Positions 39,811-53,463 are shown, numbered from the stretch's first letter. The stretch: DNA of 64,000 nt from Piromyces finnis finn (GCA_002104945.1 MCFH01000044.1:310001-374000); one strand, 5' to 3'. Numbers and translations are program-made. The notes: generated by a model not told the origin, from the sequence alone.

Positions 39811-41938
39811 GTTATTTTAAAAAAATATTATTTCCATTTTCTTTTTTTTTTAAATTTTATCCAATATTTTTATTAATTATGATGTTTGATGTATCTTTAA
39901 TTTGATATAGATTAAATATTTCCATTTATGCTATTTAGTTGTAGGATGATTTAATATAAACTTTTTTACTTATTGGATATTAATGTTTAAAGTAAAAAAT
40001 ACAATTAAACTTTACAATTTAATGTAGTTTATTTGATTTATTTTCATTCTAAAGCTATATATATAATTATATAAAATAGAAAAATTAAATAATAACACTT
40101 ATTAGTATATAAAATTACAATTTCAATTGTATGTATATATGTGCTATAAAGTATTTATTTCATAGTTTTTTTTATTTTATTAAGGAACTACCGCTAATTT
40201 TTTAAAGTTCACATTTAGTTTTAACATTAAATCTTCAACTTTAATTAATATATATTTATTTCATATATTAATTATGTAATTTTATAGGTGAAGTAACTAA
40301 AATTTAAATTATATTTTAATATATTTGAATAAATTTCATCAATATAAATATTTTAAATTAGAACATATATTATTTAATTAAGTATTTATACCAACAGGAC
40401 TATTTAATTCATTTGAATTAATTATCATCCATTAATATTACTATTTATTTAATATATTCAAAGAATATTAATATATTTAGTCTTTTTATAGAATTTTATT
40501 TTATATTTATCAATAGAATTTCATATATTAATTAATATAAAAATATTATGTTTTTAGTAAACACATCAACAAGACGAAAAAAGAAACTCTACAATTAATC
40601 TATAATTTATATTTAAAATTAATATATAAATAATAAAATAATAATAGAAGTCAATATAATTATAAAAAAAATGATACTATTATTACCTTTATTATTATTG
40701 ATATTCTTTTTTTATTATTACATTATTTATTATTAGATATTTTCATCACTTCACTTTCATAGCTTTTTTATAAAATTTTTATAGATATTATATATTTAAT
40801 ATATTTTAATTATTAAATATTTATTATGAAATAATATTAAATAAAATTTAATATTAAAATTTAATTTTTTTTTTTTTTAATTTTAAACTTTCCAATAATA
40901 ACAATAATTAAAAAAAATAATATTGAAAAATATTTATTTTTTCTTTTTTATAAAGAAATTTGCATAAAGACAGTATTAAAAAAATAAAAAAGAAAAAGAA
41001 TGAAAAAATAAAAATAGAAAACATAGATATTTGATTTTTTTAAAAAAAAAATAAACTCCTTCGAACATAAAATAGTTAAAACAAAAAAAAAATTGTAGTT
41101 CATTTTTCAATATTATAAAAAGATAATTAAGCTTTTAAAAACCTAAACATAAAATAAAATATTTATCAATTTTAATTTTTCAACAAAATTACAGACAAAA
41201 AAAAAAAAAAAAGATATTGATAAAAACAAAAAGAAGCATATAAAGCATAAACACCTTTCAATTAAGTATATAATAAGCAGAATAAAATAAAAATTTAAAA
41301 AAATTGAAATACTAATAATAAAACTTAAATACTAATCCGGATTTAAAAATTTATATTTAAAAACACACAAAAAAAACAAAAACTGCTTTAAAAACAATAT
41401 ATTTATTAAATATTTATTTTTTCTATTAAAAAATTTAAAAAGTTATTTCGCATTTAGGTTTTCATAAACATTCATAATAAAGAAAAAGAGAATTTAAAAT
41501 AAAAATTTTATATTTTTTTTTTATAAATCTAAATATTTATTGATATTTTAAACTATTTTTAAATTATTAGTAAGAAATAAATTAATTTACATTAATATAA
41601 TTTTTAAAGTAATAAGTAAAAATTAAAATATTCATCTAATAATTATAATATAAATTCCAAAAGTTCCTTATATATTTTAAACAACAATAAATAAGTAAAA
41701 TTTAAAATACTTAATAATTGCAATAATTTAAAAAAGAAATTAATTTTTTTTTTATAGATTTAATACAATTGCAAAAAGAATTTGTGAAAAGAAATTCAGT
41801 ATAGTTTATAAAAGGCAATAACTTAAAAAAAAGATAAAATTTTAAATTATATAACAAATATTATATATTATAGTTTTTAATGAATATATAGTGAATTTTT
41901 TTCGTATAATAAAATTGTAAAAGGAATAATTTAAAACC

Positions 41939-43603
41939 ATGGATACGGCAACAAATTTTACCTTTAATAATGATGCCCGTCTAACTTCTAATTCAGCATT
42001 CCATTTTAATAATATTAATTTAAATGAAAATTCTAATTTAAAAACAAAAATGAATAATGATACTTGTAGTTTTTCCTACGAATTAAATGCAAATCTTTCA
42101 AAAGAAAATTCAATTAGTAATAGTAATAACATTTCGACCATGTATTCCAGTTTTAATAATATGAAAGGTAATTCAAAGCCATCATCAGTGTTTTTACAAT
42201 GGCGAAACAAGCAGAAACAAAAAAAGCCAAGATATTATAGAAATAGTATAAATATAGAATCAGAGGAAGAGGAAGAGGAGGAAGAAGAGGATGACGATGA
42301 TGAAGAAAACTCTTCAATTCCAGAAATATTTAAATTTGAAGATAGTGCATCATTTGGAAAACTGAATTCCAATTCAACAAGAATTCAAGATAATTCTTCA
42401 AAATTAGCTCAAGAAATGAATAAAAACAATTACTTTTTCAATCATTTAGAAGGAAAGAATAAAGATTTACGCTCTTCCTCCACTCCAAATATCAATGCTT
42501 TTTTCAATAAAAATATTCATCGTGATAATGAACAAATGTCTAATAATGCTGAAATAGGAGAACTTAATCGTATCTATTCTCTGAGTAATCTTAACAGCCT
42601 TAATAATGATAATAATAAATCCAGAAAAGGTTTACATCCTCTTTTAAATTGTTTAAATAATTATCGTTCTACATCAATATTAAATACAAATTCTGTAATT
42701 ACTAACCATTCTACTAATAATACTACTAATAATACTATCTCGTCATTTGTAATACCAATGCAAACAGATAATAAATCCTCCCATTCCATTTCGAGTAAAA
42801 TGGTATCATCAAAACCTATCTCAATACCATTTGGTCCAAATGGTAGTCTCTATAATCGGGAAGACGACATTCAAATGGATGATGTTTTCAGTAATAATAA
42901 TCAAAAGTCTTTAGGCTGTAACTCTTTATTAGCCAAAATGCAACTTGATGTTGACAATAATACTTCAAAAAATAAAAATGATACCCAAAAATTCTCTAAA
43001 AAGGTACCTCACTATGCAAAAAAAAATATATTTAAAATATGACATGAGCATTGAATTATATTTAACAACCATTATATTTATTCATACTTTCTATATTAAT
43101 ATTTTAAGAAGTCAAGTAGATTAATTAATAGAATTCGTAGTCTATTACAAGTAAATGAAATTATATATAAATATATTATTATTATTATTATTATTATTAT
43201 TATCAAATACAACAAATAATAGTATATATATTAATAGATATTTATTTAAAAAAAAATAATAATAAACTTTTAAAGGAGGAATCGCAAAACTTTTTAGAAA
43301 AAGAAATTGAACATGAAGCACAAACAACATCATTATTAAAACAATCATCTACTGATCTTGCACAAGATATTGAAGGAAAGGTATTGTGTTATTTGAAAGA
43401 ACAATATAACAATAGAATATATATATTTGTATATAATTATACATTATTTTAATGAAAAATAAAATTAATATATATATATATTTAGGATGACATAAATATA
43501 CCATATCCATTATATACAACTTTAGTTCAAAATCCACAAGTTAAAAGTCCTATTATATATACTTCAAGTTCTAAATTAAATCCTGAAAATACAATGGTAA
43601 ATA

Positions 43604-43682
<79 letters not shown>

Positions 43683-44397
43683 ACCAAAATTAACTTTAAT
43701 AATAACAACAAATATTTGTTTTATATATATATCAATAGCTTTCAGCAAGATCTAGAGAAATATATTCATTATCACCTTCCTCAGCATCCCCATTAACAAA
43801 TGGCAATATACCAAATATTATGGTACTTTCTCCAAGTTTAAATCGTTCACTTAAAAGAAAAAGTAAGTTTTTTTTTTTTTTTTTTTGATACTCAATAAAT
43901 ATACTTTATTCTATTTGAAATTATAAAAAAAATAATAAATTTTTATATATTTAATTTTTTGAATATTTATAGTGTCTTTTGAAAATGAAAGATTTGAACC
44001 ATATTATAAAAGAAGAGTATCAATGTCGGGTATGTCAGGTTCTCCTGTTAGTCCAAGAATTGGATCATATCATGACATGTTTATATCACCAAACCTAAAA
44101 CAAAATCTTTCAGCATCTTTATCATCAAACTCAAGTTTAACAAGCTCTATTCAAACAAATAATTTATTTTTCTATGGATCATCACCACGTTCATCAGCTG
44201 CACCACAACTTTTAAACATTCAAGGCGCCTATGGCGATTTTAGTAAAATGAGTTTAGGAGTTTCAGATAATCATAACTATCATAATAAAAATAGCAAATC
44301 ACCATTTTCAACTTTATCAAATCATCAACATAACGCTAACTCAACGAATAATAATTCCATGAATTTATCAAATTTACGAACTTCATCAAATATATAA
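41939..44397 (+). CDS. Ser/Asn-rich disordered protein, 5 exons, with FAM122/PABIR-like motifs
   Basis: Exon 1 runs from 41939 to ~43003. Later exons give EESQNFLEKEIEHEAQTTSLLKQ, DDINIPYPLY, LSPSLNRSLKRK|MSFENERFEPYYKRRVSMSGMSGSPVSP. GT-AG junctions keep the frame. Confidence 0.65.
43604..43681 (+). repeat. (TTA)n microsatellite in an intron
   Basis: About 26 copies; explains the spurious poly-Asn ORF 43527-43748. Confidence 0.9.
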
Positions 44398-46440
44398 TAT
44401 AAAATAATATAAAACAAAAGCAAGCTTAACAAATTACATCGTATATAAATATAAAATAAAAACAAGCTAGCTATTTATTAAAAAAAAAAAATCTATTTTT
44501 TTATAGTTTTATAACCTTTTAACAAAATATATATATAATTTTTGGTTTATATTTATACAATAAGAAAAAAAATAATTTATTTTTCGATTTATATCCATCT
44601 ATTTAAAATTCATAAATATAAATATATTAATATTTCAATTTTTTTTAAAAAAAAATAATAAATTATATTATCCTAAAAAGTGAATATATAGGAATATATT
44701 CACTTCATCATTATAAAACCTACACATTATTAAATAAAACATTATTCATAATTTCATCAATATTTTATTGAATATATCTTAATCTTTTAAAAAAAAATGT
44801 TTGTTTTTTAATGCATCTTTTACTTTTTTTAATGCAGTTCATATGATTTTTTATTTGGTAATGGAAAAGGATAAACTAATTCAAGATCAAGATTTTGAAA
44901 TTTTTATCTTGATAAATACTTTTTTTTTTAATTTTAATTTACCAATAAATTTCTTGATTATATTTGGAAAAAAAAAATTTTTTTAATTAAGATCGTGTAA
45001 CCTATTATTACTTGTGTTTTTTTTTTTATTTTATTTAAATAACAAAAATTTAAAAAGGAAAATGGAGATTAAAAAATGTTATTCCACTTTACATAAATGT
45101 ACCAATTGTAAAATAAAAAGGTATAATAAACCAGATAATAAAAAATATAATATAATAATAATAATAATAATAAAAACAAAGAATCAAAAAAGTAGTTTAG
45201 TGATGATTTCTTAAATTTCATCTATGGCATATAATAATCAAATAATTATTAAATGTTTTTTCATTAGTAATATAAAAAAAAAAAGCAAATAGATTTTTAG
45301 TACCATTACGTAATGATCTTATAATAATATATTGGAATATTTTATTGGCATCGTTTTACAATTAAATCTCATGTTTTTTTTATTATTATATTAATTGGAA
45401 AGCTTGACGATTATAATATAATAGTATAATATTAAATATTATTAAATATATTATATTCGAAAAAAAAAAAAAAGAGATTTTTCTACAATTACATTTACAA
45501 TCATTACAATAGTAAGGAAAATTCAAATATTAGAGTTATCACATTATTTACTGGGAAATGGGTTTTAGGATGAATAATTTTATGCATTCAATTTTTATGG
45601 AAAAAAAATAATAAAATTTCTAGTAATTTCTAAATTAAATATATTAAAATAATTTTTATATAAAAAAAAAAAAGAATATTAATCAATTTTTATAATTATA
45701 AGCAATAATTAATATTTAGTAGTATTTATAACATTTTAAAGTAATTAGAGAATTCATAAAAAATTAATAAAGTTTTGATATATATGCATATTCATTTCTT
45801 TTTTTTTTTTTTTTTTTTTTTATATACAGCTACATCTATCAATACTATAAATATTTTATTTTCTAACACAATGGAGTGATTTTAAAAATGTTTAAAAAAA
45901 ATTTTTTTTTCCCAGTAAATTAATATTTTTTATTTAATATATTATGTAATTATATTTGATTGTGGCTTGTTGAATAAATTATTTGTTGTGATACAGTTTT
46001 GAATTGGTAAATGAAAGTAATAATTGTTTATCGAAAATAAAGATATTATGCTTTTATTTACAACCTACATTATTTATATATTTTATACTAAATTTTTTGA
46101 AAATTTTCATTTTTTTTTTTTTATTAATAAAAAAAAAATAAGATCAATAGATTTTTTATGATTATGTTATTAAATATAATATAATATATAAAAATAAAAA
46201 TTTAATTTATAAGAGTTTAATTATTTTATTTTATTTTATTTATTATTATTATTACTTTGTAGATAACTACGAAAATAAAAAAAATTAATTACAATTAAAT
46301 ATAATAAATTTAATAGGATATAAACATCATTTTAATTTGAGTGAAAAAAATATATATATATATATAACATAAAAATTCTTTTTTTTTTTTCCCAAATAAA
46401 ATTTAATACTTTAAAAAAAAATTAAAATAAAATAAAGAAA

Positions 46441-47355
46441 ATGAAGTCATCTATTGTTAAAGCTTTAGCTGTTGCTTCTGTTTTTGCTTGTGCTCAAGGT
46501 TATGCCATTGAAAAGCGTGAAGAACATCACCACTTACTCTATGAAGGTAACACCAATGCTCAATATTGGTCAAGTATTGAAGAAAGCTACTCTTTATGTA
46601 ACTCTGGTAAGAATCAATCACCAATTAACTTCAACCTTGAATCAACTACTGTTGACAAGGTTGGTTCTCCAGAACTTAAGTACAACAAAGAAACTTTTGA
46701 AACTGGTGAATACTGGATGAACAATGGTCACAGTGTTCAATACCAATTTAACCAAAAAGATAATGCTAATAAATTAGTTATGAACCGTGATGGTGCTGAA
46801 TGGAATTTAGTTCAATTCCACTTCCATACTCCAAGTGAACACCACGTTAATGGTAAATTCTATGATACTGAAGTCCACTTTGTTCATGCCAATAAGGATG
46901 GTAAGAACCATGTTGTTGGTTTCTTTGGTGAAGTTAATGAAGATGGTAAGGATAATGAATGGTTAGAAGCTTTATTCAAGGTTGAACCAACTGAAGAAAA
47001 GGAAGAATATAAGAACTCTATTACCCTTCCAGATCTCCAATCCTTACTTAATGAAGGTGTTCACAGTTACAATGGTTCCTTAACTACTCCACCATGTACT
47101 GAAGATGTCAAATGGTTAGTTGCTACTAAGCCATTCTCTCTTAGTTTAAACCAACTCCGTAAATTACAAGGTTGGATGGGTTTCAATGCTAGACCAACTC
47201 AAATCAATCTTAACTACAACAAGGATACTGAAATGCCAAAGAACTTCAACAGTGCTGAAAAGTGCAGTAATGAAGAATCTGGTGCTGCCTCTAACTTTGT
47301 CTCAATGATTACTATTAGCATTATTGCTGCCATTGCTTCTATTCTTTTAATGTAA
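46441..47355 (+). CDS. Alpha-carbonic anhydrase, secreted, probable GPI anchor
   Basis: Signal peptide; NQSPIN, NNGHSVQ, zinc ligands QFHFHTPSEH and EVHFVH, YNGSLTTPPCTEDVKW, NARPTQ; C-terminal SGA plus hydrophobic tail; no introns. Confidence 0.95.
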   Translation: MKSSIVKALAVASVFACAQGYAIEKREEHHHLLYEGNTNAQYWSSIEESYSLCNSGKNQSPINFNLESTTVDKVGSPELKYNKETFETGEYWMNNGHSVQYQFNQKDNANKLVMNRDGAEWNLVQFHFHTPSEHHVNGKFYDTEVHFVHANKDGKNHVVGFFGEVNEDGKDNEWLEALFKVEPTEEKEEYKNSITLPDLQSLLNEGVHSYNGSLTTPPCTEDVKWLVATKPFSLSLNQLRKLQGWMGFNARPTQINLNYNKDTEMPKNFNSAEKCSNEESGAASNFVSMITISIIAAIASILLM

Positions 47356-48733
47356 AAATTTTAATACCATACTCTTAGTTTTTAATATATATAGATATTA
47401 TATGTAATCTATAACATATTTGTCAACATACACACCTAATTTAATCAACTTATTTATTCATATAGATTCATATAAAGTAATAATTTATATATATTATAAT
47501 ATATACCTATAATTTATTTAATTTATTTAAATTTAGTACAAGCATAAATATATAAGCATTTTAACATTAATATTTATAAGAAAACAATAATTTAAAAAAG
47601 AAATGATTTTTATATATATGAATAGTTTTTATAATTAATATCCATATTAATATATAATTTAACTTTGAAAAAAATTATAATTACTTCATATATAAAATAA
47701 TCTTTAAAAGATTAAAAATGGAAAATTATGTCCATTAATAAGATCTAATATTTAATAAGAAAAAGAAAAACAAAATCATTTACATAATAATAGATATATA
47801 AATATTGGTGATGTTATTTGGACGTCTTCATTAAAAAGAAAAATAATAATAAGAAAAGAAAAAATTACTTAGATATTAGAACTTAGAAAAAAAAATAGTG
47901 TAACTAATATAAACTTAATAAAATAATAAATTATTTAAAAAATTAAAAATTAATCTATCCCTTTCATTTACCTAACCCTTTATATTTATTGGGTAATGAA
48001 CCTTTAAAAAAGGAAATTTATGTGTTTATTACTTTTTAGAATAAATTTATAGTTTAATAGTAAAAAGCAAGTGACATATAAATTAATTATTGTTTGTAAT
48101 GATATAGTTATTTAAAAAAATAATAATTACTTTACAAAGACAGGTATAATAAAAATAAAGTTTAAATAAATGTAATATTTTATAATTAATAAAAATACTT
48201 CTTTTTTTTTTATTTTTCTTTTACTTGATTTATAGTTATATTTTATGCATTACATGATGTTATACTAAGAATCTCAAAATATAGAGTATAATCAAAATAA
48301 AAAAAAATATATAAGAAAAAGTATCGAGTATTACTTTCTAAACATTAAAAAAATAATTTTAAAAATTATATATTTTTATATATTTTAAATTTTATTATTA
48401 TTATTCTTATAGTTAATTAGTTAATTATTTATAACAAATTTTTACTTTATTATTAAAATAAATATCTAATATTAATAACAAAATATAAGAAATAAATATT
48501 ATTCATCTTTCTTTTGGGATTATTAAATTTATTAAATATAACTTTATAATTCAAGTATTATTAATTAAAAATACTATTTTTTTTTTTTTTTTTAAAAATA
48601 CCTTAATTGTCTCTTTTCAAAATAAATATTATTAATAATGTTTTTGACATTAAAATAAATAAAAAAAAAATTCCTATATTTGTCAATTTAAAATTATAAA
48701 AAATAATCTAATTAAATACCATCAAACCTTTTC

Positions 48734-48739
<6 letters not shown>

Positions 48740-48791
<52 letters not shown>
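48740..48791 (+). repeat. (TTA)n microsatellite
   Basis: Perfect trinucleotide run, intergenic. Confidence 0.85.
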
Positions 48792-48794
<3 letters not shown>

Positions 48795-49414
48795 TAATGT
48801 ATTTTATACTAAAAAAATGTCTATTTTTTTTTTTTTTAAAAAATTTTAAATAGTAACATTAAGGAAAGTTAAAGTTTTCTAATAATATTAATATTTTTTT
48901 TAGAACATATTATAAAACTATAATATAAAACTTTTTTTATATTAATATTAAAATTAAAGAATTTTATATATTAGTTGATTTTATAAATTTTTACAATAGA
49001 CATAAACTTAAAAATAATATTTTATAAAGAATATTATAAACTTTACTTTTTTATTTTACATATTTTACATTCATTATTAAACATATATAAATATAGTTTA
49101 TATGATTGCTATATTAGAAATATTAGAATTCATAACTGTATAATTATTATTATTATAATAATAATAATAATGATAATAATTATAATAATATTATTATATT
49201 TTTAATTTTAATATTATTTTTTTTTTTTTTCAATTTTTATTTTATGTTATTTTATTTTTTTATTTCATTTTATTAAAGTGTTTGAATTATTAATAACATA
49301 TAGTATATTGGAATAATTAGTTTTTTTTTTTTTTATTTATAAAAAATTTTATTCTTTCCCTCATTTATGTTAATTAGTTATCTTGTGTATTGAAAGAAAA
49401 ACATTATCAAAGAT

Positions 49415-51832
49415 ATGGACAAACAAGTAACTAATCAAAACCAAAAAAACCAATCGAATGGTGGTAAAAGTAATAATAACAAAAAATTAAAGGATACTAA
49501 ATTAAATGTAAAAAATAATAGTAATAATAAACTTAGTTTGGGAAATGAAGGAGGAAATAAAAATAGAAAAAATCAGGATAATAAAAAATTAAATAAAAGT
49601 GTAGAAAAAGTTAAAAAACCAAACAGTTCATCTTCACAAAACAATAAAAATAAAAGTAATAATAATAGTAAAATTAATAATGATAGTAGCAATTACAATA
49701 ATAAGAATAAGAGACAAAACCCAACAAAGGAAAATGAGAAAAATAATAAAAAAGTTAATTCTAATAATAATGAAACAATAAATAGTAGTAGTTATGTTCA
49801 AACTCAAAATGATGATGTAAAGATGAAAAATTCTAGCGGAAAAGTAATAAGAACTAGTGGATATAGACATAAAAAAAGAAGAAATAAGCATTTATTTATT
49901 AGTGATAATGATTCTCCATCACAAATAAAATATAATTATAAATATGAAAGAGTTAATAGCGATAAGAAAAGAGAGCAACAACAACAACAACAAATGGAAG
50001 AAATGATGAAGAAAAACCAATCTACAAATATAGAGAGAAATCAAAAACAACAATCAAATAAAAACAACAAAAATAAGTTAAAAGACTCTCAATCAAATCA
50101 ATCCTTCTTCTCTATTAAAACAAATTCTTCTTTTTCCTCTTCTTCTTCTATGAACGCTGGAAAAAATTCTTCGGATAAAAAAAATATGGATAAAAATGTA
50201 AAAATTAATAACAAATATCCATTAAATCATTTATATGATGCTTTTACTTATCTTGGTCAAAATAAGAGTATCAGAAATGCAAAGGCTTGGTATGATAGCA
50301 ACCCATTATTCATGGTTGACTATGATGAAGAAATTAAAAATAAAGATAATCAAGTCTGTGTTACAAAACTTTCCTTTTCTATTGCATCTGCTTATGCCTC
50401 AAATTACTCTCCAAAAACTTGGCATTTAATTAACTATAAAAAACGTAATCCAAATACTACTACCCTTAAAGCTAATACTAAACTTAGTAAGAAAATTAGA
50501 GATCATGCTGCTGAATTAAAAAAATCTAAGAAAAGAACAAATGATAAAGAAATTAAAAATGCTTTCGACGCTTGTCCAATTTCTCTCATTCATTACCCAG
50601 AATACAATCCATTTGACGCTGAAGATGGAATAATGGAAGATTATGAACCATTCTATGATTATCAAATTAAATTAAATAATTATATTAACAATTTATCAAA
50701 GGAAGAAGCTATTACCGAAAGTATTATTAAAACAAAATTAAATGTTAATGCAAAATCATATGTACCACTTTCGGCATCTAAAGTATCAACATCTTTATCG
50801 TCAGCTCAAAGCATAGCCAAAAAGAATAAAACTAATTCAGCAACTACTTCAACTACCACTTCTACTAATTCAACTCAAATACTTTCTAACGTTCAAGTTT
50901 GGAATAATTATGTCAAATCCAGACAAGAAATGAAGGCTAGAAAAGCTGAAATCAGATCAAAAATAGTTAATCAATTAAAAGATGCAACCCAAAGACGAAA
51001 ACTTATGGTTCAGCGTCCATCTCCAAAAGTTAAAAAGAATTCAGTTTCATTTAAGTTAAATTCATTACAAAGTTATTTGAACCAAAATTCCCAAAATAAA
51101 AAGTATTACAACAACACAAATAATAAAAATAAGAATAGTACTTATGCAAAATATGTTGCATCTTATTCAATTGTTAATGACATTAATAAGTTAACAAATC
51201 CAAGCTCTAACGGCTATCCAATAAATTATAATAATGTTATAGAACGCATTAACAATTATTATAAAAAGGATACAGCAAATACTTTTGATTATCAATCTAA
51301 TAAGATAACTAAAAATAATAAAAATCAAGATAATAATTTATTATTTAGACAAAAAACTAATTTAAATAAAAATTTAAATACAAAGAGTAATTCACAACAA
51401 CAACAACATCATCATCAACAACAAACAAAAACACAGCAACAACAATATAGTAAACCTGTAAAACAAATGATGGTTGATGTTTCAAAGATTAATACCAATT
51501 ATAAATCTAAAGCATCACCATTATCATCTAATAAATCAAATTATTCCCCTCGTTCTGCTGTTTCCTCAGCTTCATCATATTCAAATAAATCACCAATTTA
51601 TCAAAATAATAGAAAAGCTAATTATTTAATGTCAAATAATAATAATCAACAACATTATTTCTCTAATAGTTATTCTTATAGTTCAAACCAATCATTTTCA
51701 ACAGGTTTATTTAATCAAAATAAACCAAGATCATTTATTCAATCATTAAAACAAAATGTTAGAAATAATGATGATTCAATGATTAAAAATAAAATTATAA
51801 CAAAAAGGGCTGTAAATATAACTTCATCTTGA
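49415..51832 (+). CDS. Low-complexity N/K/S/Q-rich protein, 805 aa, with a PAM2-like motif
   Basis: Long ORF from ATG; KLNVNAKSYVP at 50735-50767. Confidence 0.75.
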   Translation: MDKQVTNQNQKNQSNGGKSNNNKKLKDTKLNVKNNSNNKLSLGNEGGNKNRKNQDNKKLNKSVEKVKKPNSSSSQNNKNKSNNNSKINNDSSNYNNKNKRQNPTKENEKNNKKVNSNNNETINSSSYVQTQNDDVKMKNSSGKVIRTSGYRHKKRRNKHLFISDNDSPSQIKYNYKYERVNSDKKREQQQQQQMEEMMKKNQSTNIERNQKQQSNKNNKNKLKDSQSNQSFFSIKTNSSFSSSSSMNAGKNSSDKKNMDKNVKINNKYPLNHLYDAFTYLGQNKSIRNAKAWYDSNPLFMVDYDEEIKNKDNQVCVTKLSFSIASAYASNYSPKTWHLINYKKRNPNTTTLKANTKLSKKIRDHAAELKKSKKRTNDKEIKNAFDACPISLIHYPEYNPFDAEDGIMEDYEPFYDYQIKLNNYINNLSKEEAITESIIKTKLNVNAKSYVPLSASKVSTSLSSAQSIAKKNKTNSATTSTTTSTNSTQILSNVQVWNNYVKSRQEMKARKAEIRSKIVNQLKDATQRRKLMVQRPSPKVKKNSVSFKLNSLQSYLNQNSQNKKYYNNTNNKNKNSTYAKYVASYSIVNDINKLTNPSSNGYPINYNNVIERINNYYKKDTANTFDYQSNKITKNNKNQDNNLLFRQKTNLNKNLNTKSNSQQQQHHHQQQTKTQQQQYSKPVKQMMVDVSKINTNYKSKASPLSSNKSNYSPRSAVSSASSYSNKSPIYQNNRKANYLMSNNNNQQHYFSNSYSYSSNQSFSTGLFNQNKPRSFIQSLKQNVRNNDDSMIKNKIITKRAVNITSS

Positions 51833-52243
51833 AAAAACATTCCCTTCCTTCTTATATAGTAAATTTTTTTCTTTTTTTTATTAGCTAATAGTATGAATAA
51901 AGTGTATAAAATTTTTAATGAAATTGAAAAGTAAATAGTTATGATGTAATTCAATTATTATAATATTATAATATGAAAATATATAGATTAAAAAATTTAT
52001 TTTTTTTTTAAAAAAATAAAATAAAAAATATATGTAGTTATCTTATGCAATGTAATTGAAATATGTTTTTTTTTTTGTTATGTATTATAAAATAACTATA
52101 ATTATATAAAATAAAATTAAATATATTATCTAAATAGTAAAATATATATATGCTAAATACTTAAAATATATATAGTATGCATATTACTAATAATATTAAA
52201 TAATTATATCTTAAAATCTATATTTTTTTAATATTATTTTATG

Positions 52244-52274
<31 letters not shown>

Positions 52275-53463
52275 GAATGTATATCGAATGTATATAAAAA
52301 ATCTTTTTTATTCAAATAATAAAAAAATGTTACAAAATACTTTAAAAAACTAAAATGGTAAAATAATATTAGAAGTCATAATAATTTTTATAATACCTAT
52401 AATACTAAATTATATATAACTTTTTTCTTTCTTTTTTTTTTTTTTTCATGTACTTTTAATTTTTTTTTATTCATATATTTTTACTTAAATATATTATAAT
52501 ATTTATTAAAAATAAATATATTTAAAGTTAGTAAAAGTTAAAGTTTTAAAATAATTACAAGAAAAAAAATTAAATTTTTATCCTTTATTATTTTTAAGTT
52601 TCATAGAGAGTTTATAATTTTTAAAAATTTAAATTTTTTAGGAAAATAAAATAAAAATAAAATAAAAAAATAAAAATAAAACAAAAATAAAAATAAAAAT
52701 AATAAAATAATAACAATAATATATTATGTTTTTATTTATATTTTATTCAACAATCATAATTATAATGAATAAGCGATTATAGATAATATTGATTTTATTA
52801 TATTTTTATTTTTTTTTTTATTTTTTTTTTAAAATCTTTTTTCTTTTTTTTTAATAATCATTCCGATATTCATTCACTTTTTTTCAAGAACATCCATTTA
52901 TTTTAATTCTTTCGTTTATTATTTTTTATTTTTCAAAAATAAAAAATATTAATAAATGAATTTTAAAATAAAAGAAAGAAAAGAAGAAAAATAAAAATAT
53001 ATACAAAAAAGAAATAATATGAAAATCTATTTTCTTTAATATTAAAAAATTTATTCACAATATAGAATTCATTGCATCTTTTTTTATTTTTATTTATATT
53101 TCATTTAATATAAATCAAATTAAAAAATTGTGTTTTATATAATTACATGTACTAAAAACATTTCAACTTTCATTTGTAAATATAAGCAATAATATTTTTT
53201 TTAATATCATTTTTGCAAATATACATTTCGTATTTTGACATTAATTATCAAAACTTCCATATTAAAAAAAATTTTTTTTTCTCAATTATCAATTGCAATT
53301 ATTATTATTAAATATTTATTACAATAAAATAAGTATTTTCTATTTGCATATATTTTAATCTTTCTTTTATTTTTTAAAAATATAGTATAAATAAAAGTTG
53401 ACAATAAGATTTTTGAAAAAAATTATTAACTATTTGATAAAAAAATAATAAAAAATTAGAAAG

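Noticed and set aside
39891-39898. GTATCTTT, a second U12-like donor
   Set aside because: No supportable upstream exon or gene model around it.
40180-40600. Short exon-like, slightly GC-richer patches in a 3-kb intergenic gap
   Set aside because: No consistent spliced ORF on either strand; could be a decayed gene or UTR, but not supportable.
45511-45522. AGTAAGGAAAAT matching the U12 snRNA branch-recognition region
   Set aside because: The essential upstream UGCCUU (U6atac-pairing) segment is missing, and there is no convincing Sm site or stems at the expected spacing. A Rfam U12 search would settle it.
47963-48000. CTAACCCT (telomerase-template-like) within a small hairpin
   Set aside because: An 8-mer is expected by chance in 64 kb, it is partly base-paired, and no pseudoknot or other telomerase RNA features were seen.
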